Shown in pieces: positions 37,236 to 50,321 of a DNA stretch of 64,000 nucleotides. Location: NCBI RefSeq assembly GCF_035084215.1, contig NC_090333.1, positions 69,502,001 through 69,566,000 on the forward strand. The letters run 5' to 3'. The notes beneath the pieces are model-generated. The model did no database searches, was not told where the DNA came from, and saw only the letters and a program-made list of their open reading frames with translations. Position 1 is the first letter of the stretch, and every line of letters begins with the position of its first letter. The translations under genes were made by a program, and so were the position numbers. This DNA is from Heptranchias perlo (taxonomy: Eukaryota).

Positions 37236-37999
37236 ATTTATTTCAAGCAAAATAAGTGCACCATTATTTGCTGAACCAGGGTCAATTGAGCAGGCAGAAA
37301 GCTTTGGGAAATCTGTGCAACTCGCTGATATATTTTTCTTCAAGTCTGTCTCTTCAGCAATTACTAGAGTCAACGTCAAGAGGTATTTGTCCCTGTTGAA
37401 CAGTCACCTCAGACTGCCTCTTAACCAAGAGGAGAAAACAAATCATTTTAACTGCAGCTGCTGCTATTGCAATGTTGTGGTGACTTAAAGTGCACTTCCC
37501 ATTTATAGGGCATGAGATTTACTCACTTGCACTGAACACGAAAATATTGTCATGAAAAAGTTCACAGACTAAACTAACAGGTGATCTGTTTCGATGCACA
37601 GAATCAACTAGTTTTTCACAAAAAAAGCTCAGATTAGAGACGACAAAATAATTTGATAAAACAGATTTACATTGACAGAAGATAAATAAATAAAATCTTT
37701 AATACACCTAGCTGCTACTTTTTGGAAAAGAAAATCATCCTTTTATACTTATGGTTTATAGATTGAAACATTAGACACCCTCAACAACAGTGATTTCAAA
37801 AAAGTTTGTTCACAAATGAGAAAAAACTCAAGTCAAGCATTTACAGGTCATGAGAACTTTTAATACTGGTTAGGTGTGTGCGTGTGTCTGGAACTTGAGT
37901 GGCCAGGTGTTTTGCTTATTCAATGGATGCTCTACTCAGAAGAACCTGAAGACCTTCGACTCTTGCTGGGATCCAGTTCTACAGGTGAGCTGCAAGATC

Positions 38000-38290
38000 T
38001 TGCCAAAGTGGCTGTCATTTGCCTGCAAGCCTCAACATCGAGTGTTAACATGATCTACCACCAAATACCCAATCCTATCCTCACTTAACATACATGTGCA
38101 GATTCTCAGCAGGGGATATCGGATGGTAAGGCAGCAGCAGGAACCCCAGTAAAATGTCCCCTTCCTAATCTGGGGCACTGAAGTCAAACTCCTGTTGCTG
38201 CGCTGGCTGAAACCAACTAAGCAGAGACTGGGGATTGAACCCAGGACCTCCCTAGTCTGTGCGACTCAGCTACTCATGGGATAGCCTTGC
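38000..38290 (-). mobile_element. SINE family B copy
   Basis: Antisense B box (gggattgaacccagg) and the shared family motifs. Confidence 0.55.
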
Positions 38291-41087
38291 TCAGCCACGG
38301 AGGGAGTTAAAAACAATGTTAAATTCCCCATCCTGCTATACAACATTTCGCATATTAATTCTTGTACTTTTTTTGGAAAATCAAACCAACTCAACTTTTC
38401 AGCTGGATAAACTATGCTGAACTGGGAAACAAAATCTTACTGCACCATTTAATCAGATTCGCACATCAGGGGACAATAGACGTTAGCTGCTAAACATATT
38501 CATCAAATGTCAGTTTAAGGGCTTTGACTGTTTAGTCTAAGTCAGACAGAATTTACTTCACCAGCTTTGATTCCAGCATGTACATTTGGTGCATATGTAC
38601 TAATTCCACTCATTCCCATATAAATGTCGAGACTAGATGTCACTTATTGTAAAGGATCAAAGGTCTTCCATTTGTACGTCATATTACACATGAAAAGGTC
38701 TTGTATATGTTGCCAATACTTCTACATAAAGGATTTTATTTTTGTTATTCCAGACTCAGTTATAACTATTCAACAGAAGTGCAACAAGTACACACAGATG
38801 TTTGCTGGTATTTTGTGTTTGATGCACCAGAATGGAATGAGCATTCAACGTGGGTCAGCTTAATGAGGCACTCATAAATCTCTATTTTAGATTCAAAATA
38901 TCTCAGGTAGAATCTAAAATCCAAATGAGTGGCTGGTTAAGGTTGGCGTCTAATCAGCTTTTCAGAAATCTGCTGTCACGTGGGTCTGGAATGCTCTGAG
39001 GATTGATTGTATAGCTCTTTGCGTCACAGGCTGGTCTCTACGGGTCAAGAGCTGCATTAGAAGAGCTTATTCCCCACAGATTAAAAGGGCTTCAAGAAAT
39101 TGCGCCAAGTTGGAACAGTTTGTGATTATTCACACAAGGGGACTGAATGCCAAAATCGTACACACAAAGTTCTGTCAGAAATACCCGACTGATTAGATAC
39201 ATTTTGGAGTAGGTGATTAACATTTACATTTTAAGCCTGCAAAAAGCCATTTCACAGGAAACACTGCAAGAGAGTCAGCACAAACCAGGACACGGTTCAG
39301 TTCACCAGACAAGAATAAGCACATGTTCAGAATTTCCTAAAATATTGAACTGTGGACTATTTGAAGTTGAATTCCACCCCCCCACCCCGAATATTTGAAA
39401 GAGGGGAAAAAAAATGCCACTTTCAATTCTTGAAGAATGACTGGCGGCACTTAAATAGAAATGAACTTAAAGTGCAAGAAGGAAATCCTTTTCTCCAGGT
39501 CACACCATGACAACAGACACAAATCTACAACGCAATAGTTAGTTCAAACTCCAGCCTCCTAAAAAGGAATCTATTAATTGTAACCTCATCATAGGCAGGT
39601 TGCCCAAACCAAAGTTAGAATAGTCAAAACAAAAAGTGAACAAAATATTTGGCTTTCATGGATATCGTTCCATCATTTTTCAACATGCCTCATTAGTGCA
39701 GAACAGTTGAGCATCATCCAGTTAACAGGTCTTGATGCATCTTTTTCATGTTAACTTCATAGGGGTAGATTTTCAATTGGTCACCCATGGCATACAATTG
39801 GCATTGCAGATCAGGTGCCAGTTATAGAAATCACCCAATTTCTATTGCTTTCAATATAACGAGTGGCTTATGCACAATGCCAGTTGAATGCCCAGGCAGG
39901 AAGTTTTATACACTACCACACAGTGTACATACATCATCTACATTGATCTCCTGATACTACAGGGGGCTGGTTAGGAGTTTATGTTTGCAATACATGTACA
40001 CTTATGCAGAAAATACAAAATATGAACATCAAGAGTCATAAAGGTCTTAAACTCTAAGGGCTATTGTTATAATCCTGGTACTATTTCGAGGTACTTGTTT
40101 AGAGAAACATGCCAATGACAGACCAAGCTATCCTGTCAACTCAAAATTCTGCACACGGTCAGTTAAATTTTAAAAATTTAACTAAATTCCAAAGTTACCA
40201 GGTGGCCCATTACATACTTGCAGCCCACATGAAACAGGAGTGATGAGAGTTAACTCCTCGACTCGCTCCCACACTATTTCCCTAAATGCAGTTTGGGCGA
40301 TTTCACACCCAAATGACAATACACACTTCGCATTGATGTGAAGCAATTATGGCTGTGCATCAATTCAAATTCCATGGTATAGCCAGCCTGTAAAAGTTAT
40401 ACATTGCATTTACTCCCATCAAATCCCAGGAGTCCTGCTGCAAGACTATGAAACACATCAACCATTTAACGCCAGAGTGAACTTGCTTTAAAAGTCACTG
40501 AACACCTTGTGCACAATGTAACGAGTTGATTACTTGCCACAGAATGGTAAACAGGGTAAAAACATGCCCTTCATTATCTAAGCCTGCATTTACGCTACAA
40601 CTTACTGGCAGTGTGAAGTGGTTTCTGCTCCGAATTGACACCAAGTTTGTCAACGAGGTCAGAATCAGGACCTGACCTGGCTCCATAGCCAAGTCGTCCG
40701 AGACTTCCCTCCTCCAGGGAGTCTCACTTCGCTTCGGAGTCAAGTCAGCCCGATGCTGAATTTCCACAGTACCTTCTTAGTGTCGATGCCACTGACATTA
40801 TAGTTGAAGTGTAAATGCAGCCGTAAACAGGTATTAAATAAAAGGCAAAACAATTTTTTTTAAATTTAGAATACACACGATTCCAGGTTTAAATAATGAC
40901 ATTTACCAGAAATTTCGTGAATAAATATCACTTCAAAAATGTAAATATATCAGCACTCCTAGTTATAACAAACCTCATTAAATATTTTCCAACATTAAAA
41001 TGCATTGCCCATTTCAAAAGTTATCAAAACAAATCACTTTTTTTAACACCATATTTCCCCCCTCTATCTAAGCCAAGATATACTCAC

Positions 41088-41132
41088 CAACAAAGGAAAA
41101 TAAGCCATTCTTTTGGAACATATTTTGCGCAT
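41088..41132 (-). other. Candidate alternative first coding exon of the presumed antisense host gene (RGL1): MRKICSKRMAYFPLL, phase-0 donor
   Basis: On the minus strand, ATG...CCT TTG TTG|GTGAGT (donor 41087-41082). An ETS-type CGGAAGTG lies near 41380 in the upstream unique sequence. The host-gene identity is inferred from synteny only. Confidence 0.35.
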
Positions 41133-41931
41133 TTGCCTCAACACAAACCATGTTGAGAAGCAAATACAGTGGGTTTTGTGTAAGTCATCCTACAGTCGCA
41201 GTTGAGATTCTCCAGATATTCCAGTCTCCCTATTCAAACCAAACTCTATTTGGACTTCAGAAGTAACCAGTGCGCACAGGGTGCTTGTGAAATGCCTGTC
41301 GTTGGATTAGGTAAGCTGTGAAGCTCCAGAAAAGATGAACTCCCTTTCCGACCTCAACTAGATGTTCAGAAACAATTGACGGAAGTGAGCTGCTGAGCTG
41401 GTTTAATCTGCATCATGCTCCCACACAGACTGTGTGACTCCTGCTCTGAAGGGGGGGGGGAGCAGCTAACTCTGCAGTGCCAAGAAACTACTTCATATTT
41501 CAACCAGTCTTCTCTCAAATTTGACACAAGTACTTCTTTGTTGCTATAGCTTTGTCTGAGGCATCCAATTAATCCTTAAGCCAAAAAGTCTATATTCAAT
41601 AGATGTCTAGTAGACATCTTCCACTTTTTTTTTTAAAAAGTTCGTAAATTGTAAACATTTAATTCTTAACATCTTGTCACAGACTTCAGGAAAAAAAGAC
41701 AATCTCAAAATATGAAAGCATTCCTAAGTGTTGGTGTCATTTTCCAAATGTAAAAACAAAGCCTCAGGATTTGTAATGGTGACTTTTGGGAGTGTATTGA
41801 TGCTTCAAAAATAAAAAAGTTAGATTAATTAGTGTTTAGAGTTTGGCAACAGTCGAATCCCATTTAAACTTAATGTAAAGTAACAACTGTCTTACAGAAT
41901 CTGTACAGTCTGTCAAATACTATCTCTAATA

Positions 41932-41962
41932 TACACACACACACACACACAGACAGACAGAC
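41932..41962 (+). repeat. (CA)n(GACA)n microsatellite
   Basis: Read directly from the sequence. Confidence 0.9.
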
Positions 41963-42019
41963 GCACGACCTTGTTTAATTTACTCAGTCAGTTGTTTTTA
42001 TTTCCACCCATTCCAGAAC

Positions 42020-42801
42020 AAAGGAGGAAAAAGTACAAACACTGATCAAGTTACAAAAAATTGTACAGGCATCATTGCATGAAGGCAACATTCAAAGCAC
42101 TGCTGTACTATGAACTGTAGATCCAATATTCCTTAAGCACTGCTCATTTAGCATGCCAAAGTTTCTAAAGTACCTATCTTGAGAGTTTGAATATAACACA
42201 AATGGATTTAAAACAATTACTTTCAAAGTGGAATTGGATATATACTTGAAAAAGAAAAATCTTCAGGGCTATGGGGAAAGAGCAGGGGAGTGGGATAAAT
42301 TGGATTGCTCTTTCAAAGAGCCGGCAAAGGCACGATGGGCTGAAGGGCCTCCTTCTGTGCTACATGATTCTATGAACACTTTTAAACTCTCAGAATGCAA
42401 CAATCTTCAGAGGCTCCACAATCTGAAGATGCTCAATGCCTCACCAAGCAAATGGAATCCCTCATTTCTTCATCTAGTTACCAATGAATTAGAAAAAGGC
42501 ATTTAACCAATGCAAACAAAGGCAAGTGTCAGGAAACCTTTGCCTTCAAACTGTACATCACATGGTTCAGAATTGAGCACTAACAAGTCCCGAACATTTT
42601 AAGTGTTGGCATTCTCCTAGCGCCAATGTCGGGGTGTGATGGATTTGAAACTGGCAGAGCTTAAAGCAGAATCTGGAAGGGTCAGAAGTCGGACATGCTC
42701 TCAAACCAACGTACTCTTGAATCACAGCAGCATTGTGTGATAGACGGTCTGGATGTGCTTTTTGTTGTAACTTGATCAGTGTTTGTACTTTTTCCTCCTT
42801 T
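42020..42801. repeat. Perfect 37-bp inverted repeat (42020-42056 / 42765-42801)
   Basis: AAAGGAGGAAAAAGTACAAACACTGATCAAGTTACAA and its exact reverse complement. Confidence 0.93.
42215..42375 (+). mobile_element. CR1 3' tail fragment
   Basis: ...LDIYLK...GYGERAGEWD followed by a catgattctatga tail. Confidence 0.8.
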
Positions 42802-43694
42802 AAAAAAGGACTATATTGTTTATCCACACAGGCCCACTCTGTTGTCAGCACAGTAAAAAAAACAATTGTTAACATTTTAATCATCTAAATGAATTCTTTT
42901 GATAAATGCAGCAAGCCCATGTTATGACCATGGATGGTAGGAAGTGGAAATGCTTCGTGTTGCAAAACTAAAACCGCACTGGATTTAACTCCACTTCAAG
43001 TAAACGTCGTGGTCCTTGAACAAGAAAAAAAAGCAAGGTGTTTAGAAAGGTAGGCAGCTCCTGATTTTCCACTCCAGTAGTGAATGGAGGAAAAGGGAAG
43101 GGGGAGGAACTGCAATCCAGCTTCATTCAAGACATCAACTCAAATTTACACCAATACTGCAGTGGGAGGAAACCATTAACAGCAGCACTAGCGAAGCAGC
43201 ATTAACTTTTTAATAGTGTTTTCAAAGAGCCATCAGAACTGGTGCAAGTTATCAACATGGATGGCAAATAGCAAACATCAATCTCCTCCTCTTGCAGCAG
43301 GAGGACAGGCGATTAAAAAGTCTAAGTCAATGAAGGAAAAAAAAGAAAGCAAACAAAGCTAAATGACTACATTTGTAATCTTCTCGATCTGTTTCAGTTC
43401 TGGGGATACGCGAAAACCAGCCGCAACGTCCAAATTAAACATTTCAGTGCCCCATTTGGAAAATAAAAGATTTCAGAGCAGAATATTTATTCCAATTCAT
43501 TTCCCAAATGGTAGTTACCTACAGTCACAAAACACGTGTTAAGTTTGCTGCAGGCACAAACATTTCTACTGCTGTATCACGTTCAATTTGAACTTAGTGA
43601 ACCTCACGACTCACCAATGTCTCAACTCAGCTTTAAATCCCACAAATCTCTTAGTGGCTTAATCCGACAGATAAAAATTACTGAAAGTACAATG

Positions 43695-44190
43695 GGCCAG
43701 GATTGACTGCAGCTGTCAAACAAACGGCACCCACTGTTTATTAGACTTGCCCATTTTATTTCCATGAGATTTTGGACAGCAAATTACTGAGATATGGAAA
43801 CAGGGCAGCACCCTCTTCAGGGCATCTGGGACCTGAATGAACAGGGCAAGCAACTGTCTATCTCCTTAACCCGATTGAAGCATTGTTAATGAACAGTGCA
43901 GAGTCTGAACTAGGAAGTACAGGTTAGAATAGTGAATTCAATGTCAAATCAGGTACAGAGAGAGGGAAAGAAAGATTGGGTTAAGAGAGAAAAAACATTA
44001 AAAAATTAGATTTAGAAGAAAATTTAAATTACATCAAAACCTGAAGGAATGAGACTGTACATTCATAAGTTAATTTTCAGTGCCAGAGGGGTTGTTCGGC
44101 AGTAATTAAAACTTATCACACCATTAAAAAGGGTACTTAAATTGAAATGGACTAGCCCTAACTTTCTGTGGCGAGTTTAGTTTGTATCTA
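43695..44190 (-). repeat. Family A repeat copy
   Basis: Antisense to the 3020-3600 and 61215-61530 motifs (gaattcaatgtcaaatcaggtacag; gaaggaatgagact). Confidence 0.6.
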
Positions 44191-44289
44191 CTACTTTATA
44201 AAGAAATTGAAGATAGAAAAGGGGAAGGGGGAAAAAAAAATAAACTGATCAAACTTAGAGGATAAACCCCTGGATTACATCCACATATA

Positions 44290-46190
44290 GACAGAGCTAA
44301 GCAGTTCCACAACCAACGGATCAGATCAAAGCTCTGCAGTCCTGCCACATCCAGTCATGAATGGTGGTGGACAATTAAACAACTAACGGGAGGAGGAGGC
44401 TCTGCAAACATTCCCATCCTCAATGATGGTGGAGTCCAGCACGTGAGTGCAAAAGACAAGGCTGAAGCGTTTGCAACCACCTTCAGCCAGAAGTGCCAAG
44501 TGGATGATCCATCTCGGCCTCCTCCTGATATCCCTACCATCACAGAAGCCAGTCTTCAGCCAATTCGATTCACTCCACGGGATATCAAGAAACAGCTGAG
44601 TGCACTGGATACAGCAAAGGCTATGGGCCCTGACAACATGTAGTGCTGAAGACTTGTGCTTCAGAACTAGCTGCGCCTCGAGCCAAGCTGTTCCAGTACA
44701 GCTACAACACTGGCATCTACCCGACAATGTGGAAAATTGCCCAGGTATGTCCTGTCCACAAAAAGCAGGACAAATCCAATCCGGCCAATTACCACCCCAT
44801 CAGTCTGCTCTCAATCAGCAAAGTGATGGAAGGTGTCGCTGACAGCGCTATCAAGCAGGACTTACTCACCAATAACCTGCTCACCGATGCTCAGTTTGGG
44901 TTCCGCCAGGACCACTCGGCTCCAGACCTCATTACAGCCTTGATCCAAACATGGACAAAAGAGCTGAATTCCAGAGGTGAGGTGAGAGTGACTGCCCTTG
45001 ACATCAAGGCAGCATTTGACAGAGTGTGGCACCAAGGAGCCCTAGTAAAATTGAAGTCAATGGGAATCGGGGGGGGGGGGGGGAACTCTCCAGTGGCTGG
45101 AGTTATACCTAGCGCAAAGGAAGATGGTAGTGGTTGTTGGAGGCCAATCATCTCAGCCCAAGGACATTGCTGCAGGAGTTCCTCAGGGCAGTGTCCTTGT
45201 TCCTCAGGGCAGTGTCCTTGGCCCAACCATCTTCAGCTGCTTCATCAATGACCTTCCCTCCATCAAAAGGTCAGAAATGGGGATGTTCGCTGATGATTGC
45301 ATAGTGTTCAGTTGCATTGGCAACCCCTCAGATAATGAAGCAGTCCGAGCCCGCATGCAGCAAGACCTGGACAACATCCAGGCTTGGGCTCATAAGTGGC
45401 AAGTAACATTCGCACCAGATAAGTGCCAGGCAATGACCATCTCCAACAAGAGAGAGTCTAACCACCTCCCCTTGACATTCAACGGTATTACCATCGCCGA
45501 ATCCCCCACCATCAAGATCCTGGGGGTCACCATTGACCAGAAACTTAACTGGACCAGCCATATAAATACCGTGGCTACGAGAGCAGGTCAGAGGCTGGGT
45601 ATTCTGCAGCGAGTGACTCACCTCCTGACTCCCCAAAGCCTTTCCACCATCTACAAGGCACAAGTCAGGAGTGTGATGGAATACTCTCCACTTGCTTGGA
45701 TGAGTGCAGCTCCAACAACACTCAAGAAGCTCGACACCATCCAAGATAAAGCAGCCCGCTTGATTGGCACCCCATCCACCACCCTAAACATTCACTCCCT
45801 TCACCACCGGCACACTGTGGCTGCAGTGTGTACCATCCACAGGATGCACTGCAGCAACTCGCCAAGGCTTCTTCGACAGCACCTCCCAAACCCGCGACCT
45901 CTACCACCTAGAAGGACAAGAGCAGCAGGTACATGGGAACACCACCACCTGCACGTTCCCCTCCAAGTCTCACACCATCCCGACTTGGAAATAAAACGCC
46001 GTTCCTTCATAGTCACTGGGTCAAAATCCTGGAACTCCCTTCCTAACAGCACTGTGGGAGAACCTTCACCACACGGACTGCAGCGGTTCAAGAAGGTGGC
46101 TCACCACTACCTTCTCAAGGGCAATTAGGGATGGGCAATAAATGCCAGCCTCGCTAGCGACACCCACATCCCATGAACGAATAAAAAAAA
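44290..46190 (+). mobile_element. Jockey-group (CR1/L2-related, distinct family) LINE, 5'-truncated, nested in a CR1
   Basis: ORF pieces with KAMGPD, NYHPISLL, QFGFR, ALDIKAAFDRVWH, PQGSVLGP and FADD. 3' UTR gggcaattagggatgggcaataaatg...aataaaaaaaa. Confidence 0.9.
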
Positions 46191-47700
46191 TTATAAATAT
46201 AGTGAGGGAAAAGTTGGCAGAGACACTTACATATATATAAAAATTCATTAGAAAAGGGATTAGTGCCAGAGGACTAGCAGACAGCTAATGAGGTTCCTAT
46301 ATTTGGAAAGGGAGATCAAACCAGTCCAGGGAACTATAGGCCAATTAGTTTAACGTCAGTGGTAGGAAAGATAATGGAATCTTCTCAAAAATGTAACCGA
46401 AAGTGTCTCGAATCTGAAAATATAATAAAGAATAGTCAGCATGGATTTCAAAAAGGGACAGTCATACTTGACCAACCTTAGAGTTCTTTGAACTAACAAA
46501 GGGTAGACAAGGGCAATGCAGTAGATGTAATATATCTGGATTTTCAAAAGGCCTATGATAAAGGTACTGCATAGTAGACTCATGACTACGGTCAGTATGT
46601 GGAGTCAGGGAACAGATAGCAGAACGGACAGCAAGCTGGCTACAAAACAGAAAACAGAGTGGATGTTAAAGTTAGTTATTCAGACTGGCAAAACGTGGGA
46701 AGTGGTGTTCCACAAAAGGTCGGTGCTGGGAACACTATTAATCACTAGTTACATCAATGATTTGGACTCTGGAATCAGAAGTACAATTTCAAACTTTACG
46801 GACAACACCAATTTGAGGGGTGCAGTTAATACAAAAGGAAGAATGGGTCAAAATGCAGGAGGACATTAATAAACTTGTAGAATGGGCGTGTAATTGGCAA
46901 ACTGAATTTCAATATAGATAAGTGTGAGGTACTACATTTTGGTAGGAAGAATAAGGAGGTCACATACTGCTTAGATAATAAGAGTCTAATCAAGGTAGAG
47001 GAGCAGAGGGATCTAGGGGTAAAGATACACAAATCACTAAACGCAACGATGCAGGTTAATAAGGCCATTAAAAAATGCAAACGAAGCACTGGGGTTCATT
47101 TCTAGAGGGACAGAATTGAAAAGCAGAGAAGTTATGTTAAACTTGTATAGAACCTTGGTTGAACTGCATTTGGAGTACTGTGAACAGTTCTGGTTTCCAT
47201 ATTATAAAAAGAGGCACTGGAGAAGATGCAACAAAAATTCACAAGATTGGATACCATAACTGAGAGGTTACAACTATCAGGAAAGACTGAACAGGCTGGG
47301 GCTCTTTTCTCTAGAAAAAGAGGGGTGACCTGATAGAGGTCTTCAAAATTATGAAAGGGTTTGATAGGGCAAACGTGGAGAGGATTTTTCCACTTGGATT
47401 TATAAGTGACTTATCTTATTTATGGCTCCTAGTTCTGGTAGTCTCCAATAGAGAATTCAGGAGAAACTTCTTGACCCAGAGAGTGGTTAGAACGTGGAAT
47501 TCGCTACCACAAGGAGTAGTCGAGGCAACTAGCATCAATGCATTTAAGGGAAGCTAGATAAACGAGAGGGAGAAAGGAATAGAAGGGCATCCTGATACAG
47601 TTAGATGAAGTAGGGAGGGAGGAGGCTCGTGTGGAGCATAAACAATGGCATGGACCTGTTGGGCCCAACGGCCTGTTCCTATGCAATTCAATATATCTAC
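46191..47700 (+). mobile_element. Degenerate CR1 (RT and 3' UTR); its upstream piece lies at ~44195-44289
   Basis: PGNYRPISL, YLDFQKA and LEYCEQFW remnants. Same subfamily as 58480-61212. Confidence 0.9.
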
Positions 47701-48756
47701 CTTGCAAGTACCACAACTTCACACCATTCAATGAATTTGAATGGCGAGTCAGATGGCGAGATGCTGTTTTTTGCAAAGCGGCGCATCTCAGAGCAACTTT
47801 CGGATTTTCAGGTGTAACCGCGCATCTGCCCTCACATGAAGTTGCTGCCCGATTTGCACATAAATAATGGTGAGCACCATTAGGCTCACTGTTATTTTGA
47901 CAGTAAATTCTGCCTCAATGAGATTACAGAAGTGTAATTTTTTTTTGTTGTTCACAATCATACACCGGTCCAGTTTTCCTGATACCATGCTTTAATGGAC
48001 TCATTATCAGTATGTGCCAGCTGGAACACTTAGCTCTCTGCTGTATCACGAGGGGCTACTCCAGCTGAGACGCTTCCTGTGCATGTGCTGCCTAATGTGT
48101 TCAGCACATGGTCTGCAGGCATTCGAGTCCCCCAGGAGCCAGCAAGACCCATAATTGACTGAGCAAATCTACTTTTTTTTTTGTTTTAACAAGCAAACTA
48201 CCACTGGAATACAAAGCATGAATTGCACAGATCCACTTGACAACTTCACCATTCCCGTTAGCTGCTGTTAAAACCAGTAATGATTGCACAACTTTCCTGC
48301 ACTTGCCCACGCACCAAGTCAATGCACTACAAAAACAATTCATCGCTTTGAGACATGTCAATTATGGGATTTAAATGAATGCTGAGTTATGACAGATTTT
48401 CAAAGCAGCAGGCTCGTATACTGTACACTACTTTGGTGCACTCAAAAGGAAATCTCCAACAGGCTTAAAGCCAGCATAGGAATTTAAGCATTTTACAACA
48501 TTGAGGTCCCCTAATGGGTATGGAAGAACTGAAGTTAAAAAGTCTGAAATTCCCTCTCTCCCTTTAGAGGTCACAGTTCAGACCCACTCCCATCGAAAAA
48601 TAGAGCAAGTTTTCACTTACTATTATGACCGAGGCACGATACATTTTCTTAATCCCAAAAAAAAACTGCTTTTTATACACCACTAAATGACCTTTTAAAT
48701 GTTAGTACGATATTAGATTCTCAGGCAAGACAGGCAGACATCTGTCTGCTCCCAGA

Positions 48757-49190
48757 CTTGGCTCAGTTGGTAGCACTCTCTCCTCAATCAGTTTTGTGGG
48801 TTCAAGCCCCTTCCAGAGACTGGAGCACAAAATCTAGGCTGACGCTCCAGCGCGGTACTGAGGGAGTGTTGCACTGCCGGAGGTGCCGTCTTTCAGATGA
48901 GATGTTAAACCAGCTTCTGCCCTCTTAGGTGAACATAAAAGATCCCATGGCACAATTTGGAGTAGAGCAGGGGAGTTCTTCCCAATGTCCCGGCCAATAT
49001 TTATCCTTCAACCAACACCTGAAAACAGATTAACTGGTCGTTGGTCTTCTTGCTGTGCACAAATTGGCTGTCACGTTTCCTATATTACAGGCGTGACGAC
49101 ACTTCAAAAATGTACTTAATTGGCTGTGAAACGCTTTGGGTTGTCCTGAGGATGTGAAAGGCACTATATAAATGTAAATCCTTTTCTTTC
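48757..49190 (+). mobile_element. SacSINE1-type SINE
   Basis: A box, B box gggttcaagccc, Deu domain ggaggtgccgtctttcagatgag, tail. Confidence 0.87.
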
Positions 49191-49534
49191 CCCCTTTTAG
49201 ACCTTTCTGCCAAAAGTCAGATTGGTCATTAAGATGAATTCATCTTACTGTGAAGTGTGCTTGGCTTTGGGTTTGGCTTTTGAGGCAGTCAAAAGTTAAT
49301 TTTCTTTTTAATCTGGTCAATTCCTCTCCTCCTTCACCTGGCCAAGACAGGAATGGTGACTACCTCGCTGGGATACGATTCTGCAGACACCAATCACTTT
49401 GCAGGGCACCGTCCAAACAACCATCCCAACTGCATCGATCAGGATATTCAATTACAGGGGCATCACAGCCAAGCCTGATGTATCCTGACCAAACATTCAC
49501 ACACATGCATTTCGAGGAAGAGGGTCATCGGATC

Positions 49535-49952
49535 TGAAGGAGATGCTTAAAATGTTGAAAGGATTTGATAGTTTCTCCACATCTACCTTATTTCCTCTGG
49601 TGGAGGGGGAAAAAAAATGAGGGAGTCTTAATCTTAAAATTAGAGCTCGGCCATTCAGGAAGCACTTCTTCACACAAAGGTTAGTAGAAATTTGGAACTC
49701 TTTCTCTCCCCCCCCATTGACCCCCAGCGGTGGATGCTGGGGGTCAATGGAAGCTTTCAAGACCAAGATATAGATTTGTGTTAGGTAAGGGTATCAAGGA
49801 ATTTGGAGCGAAGGTGGGGGGGGTATCAAGGAATTTGGAGCGGGGTGGGGGGGGGTGGGGTAAATAAAGTTGAGGCACAGATCAGCCATGATCCAATTGA
49901 ATGACGGAGCAAGCCCGAGGGGATAAATGGCCGTCGCCAGGTCCTTATGTTA
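49535..49952 (+). mobile_element. CR1 3' fragment with an internal micro-inversion and a tandem duplication
   Basis: KIRARPF/RKHFFTQR remnants; 3' UTR similar to the antisense 14643-14760. Confidence 0.8.
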
Positions 49953-50321
49953 CGAGTTATCAGAAGCAGGTACCCAGACTAATTTTCCCCTCTTTAACCC
50001 AAAAGCACAGGTCAGTTGGCGTGCTTTTTCTACCCCTCAGATCAACTAACTCAGCATAGCTCAGGAACTTCCTGCTCTGAACAACCTACGTACTCACAAC
50101 ATAACCAGCTCAGCTCCAACCTTAATAGTGCGGCTTAAGACTTCAGGGAACACTGATGTTGTTTCCCACCCTCACTCTAACCCTAACTTGAGTACTGAAG
50201 ATACATTTGTCTCCATTGAGCCACCAGAGATTAGTCAAATATTCAAAAATATAGATTTCCCCACTCAGACCATCAGAGCATGGACTCATCCTCTGGTCTC
50301 CCACTTAAAAACACTAGTGGC

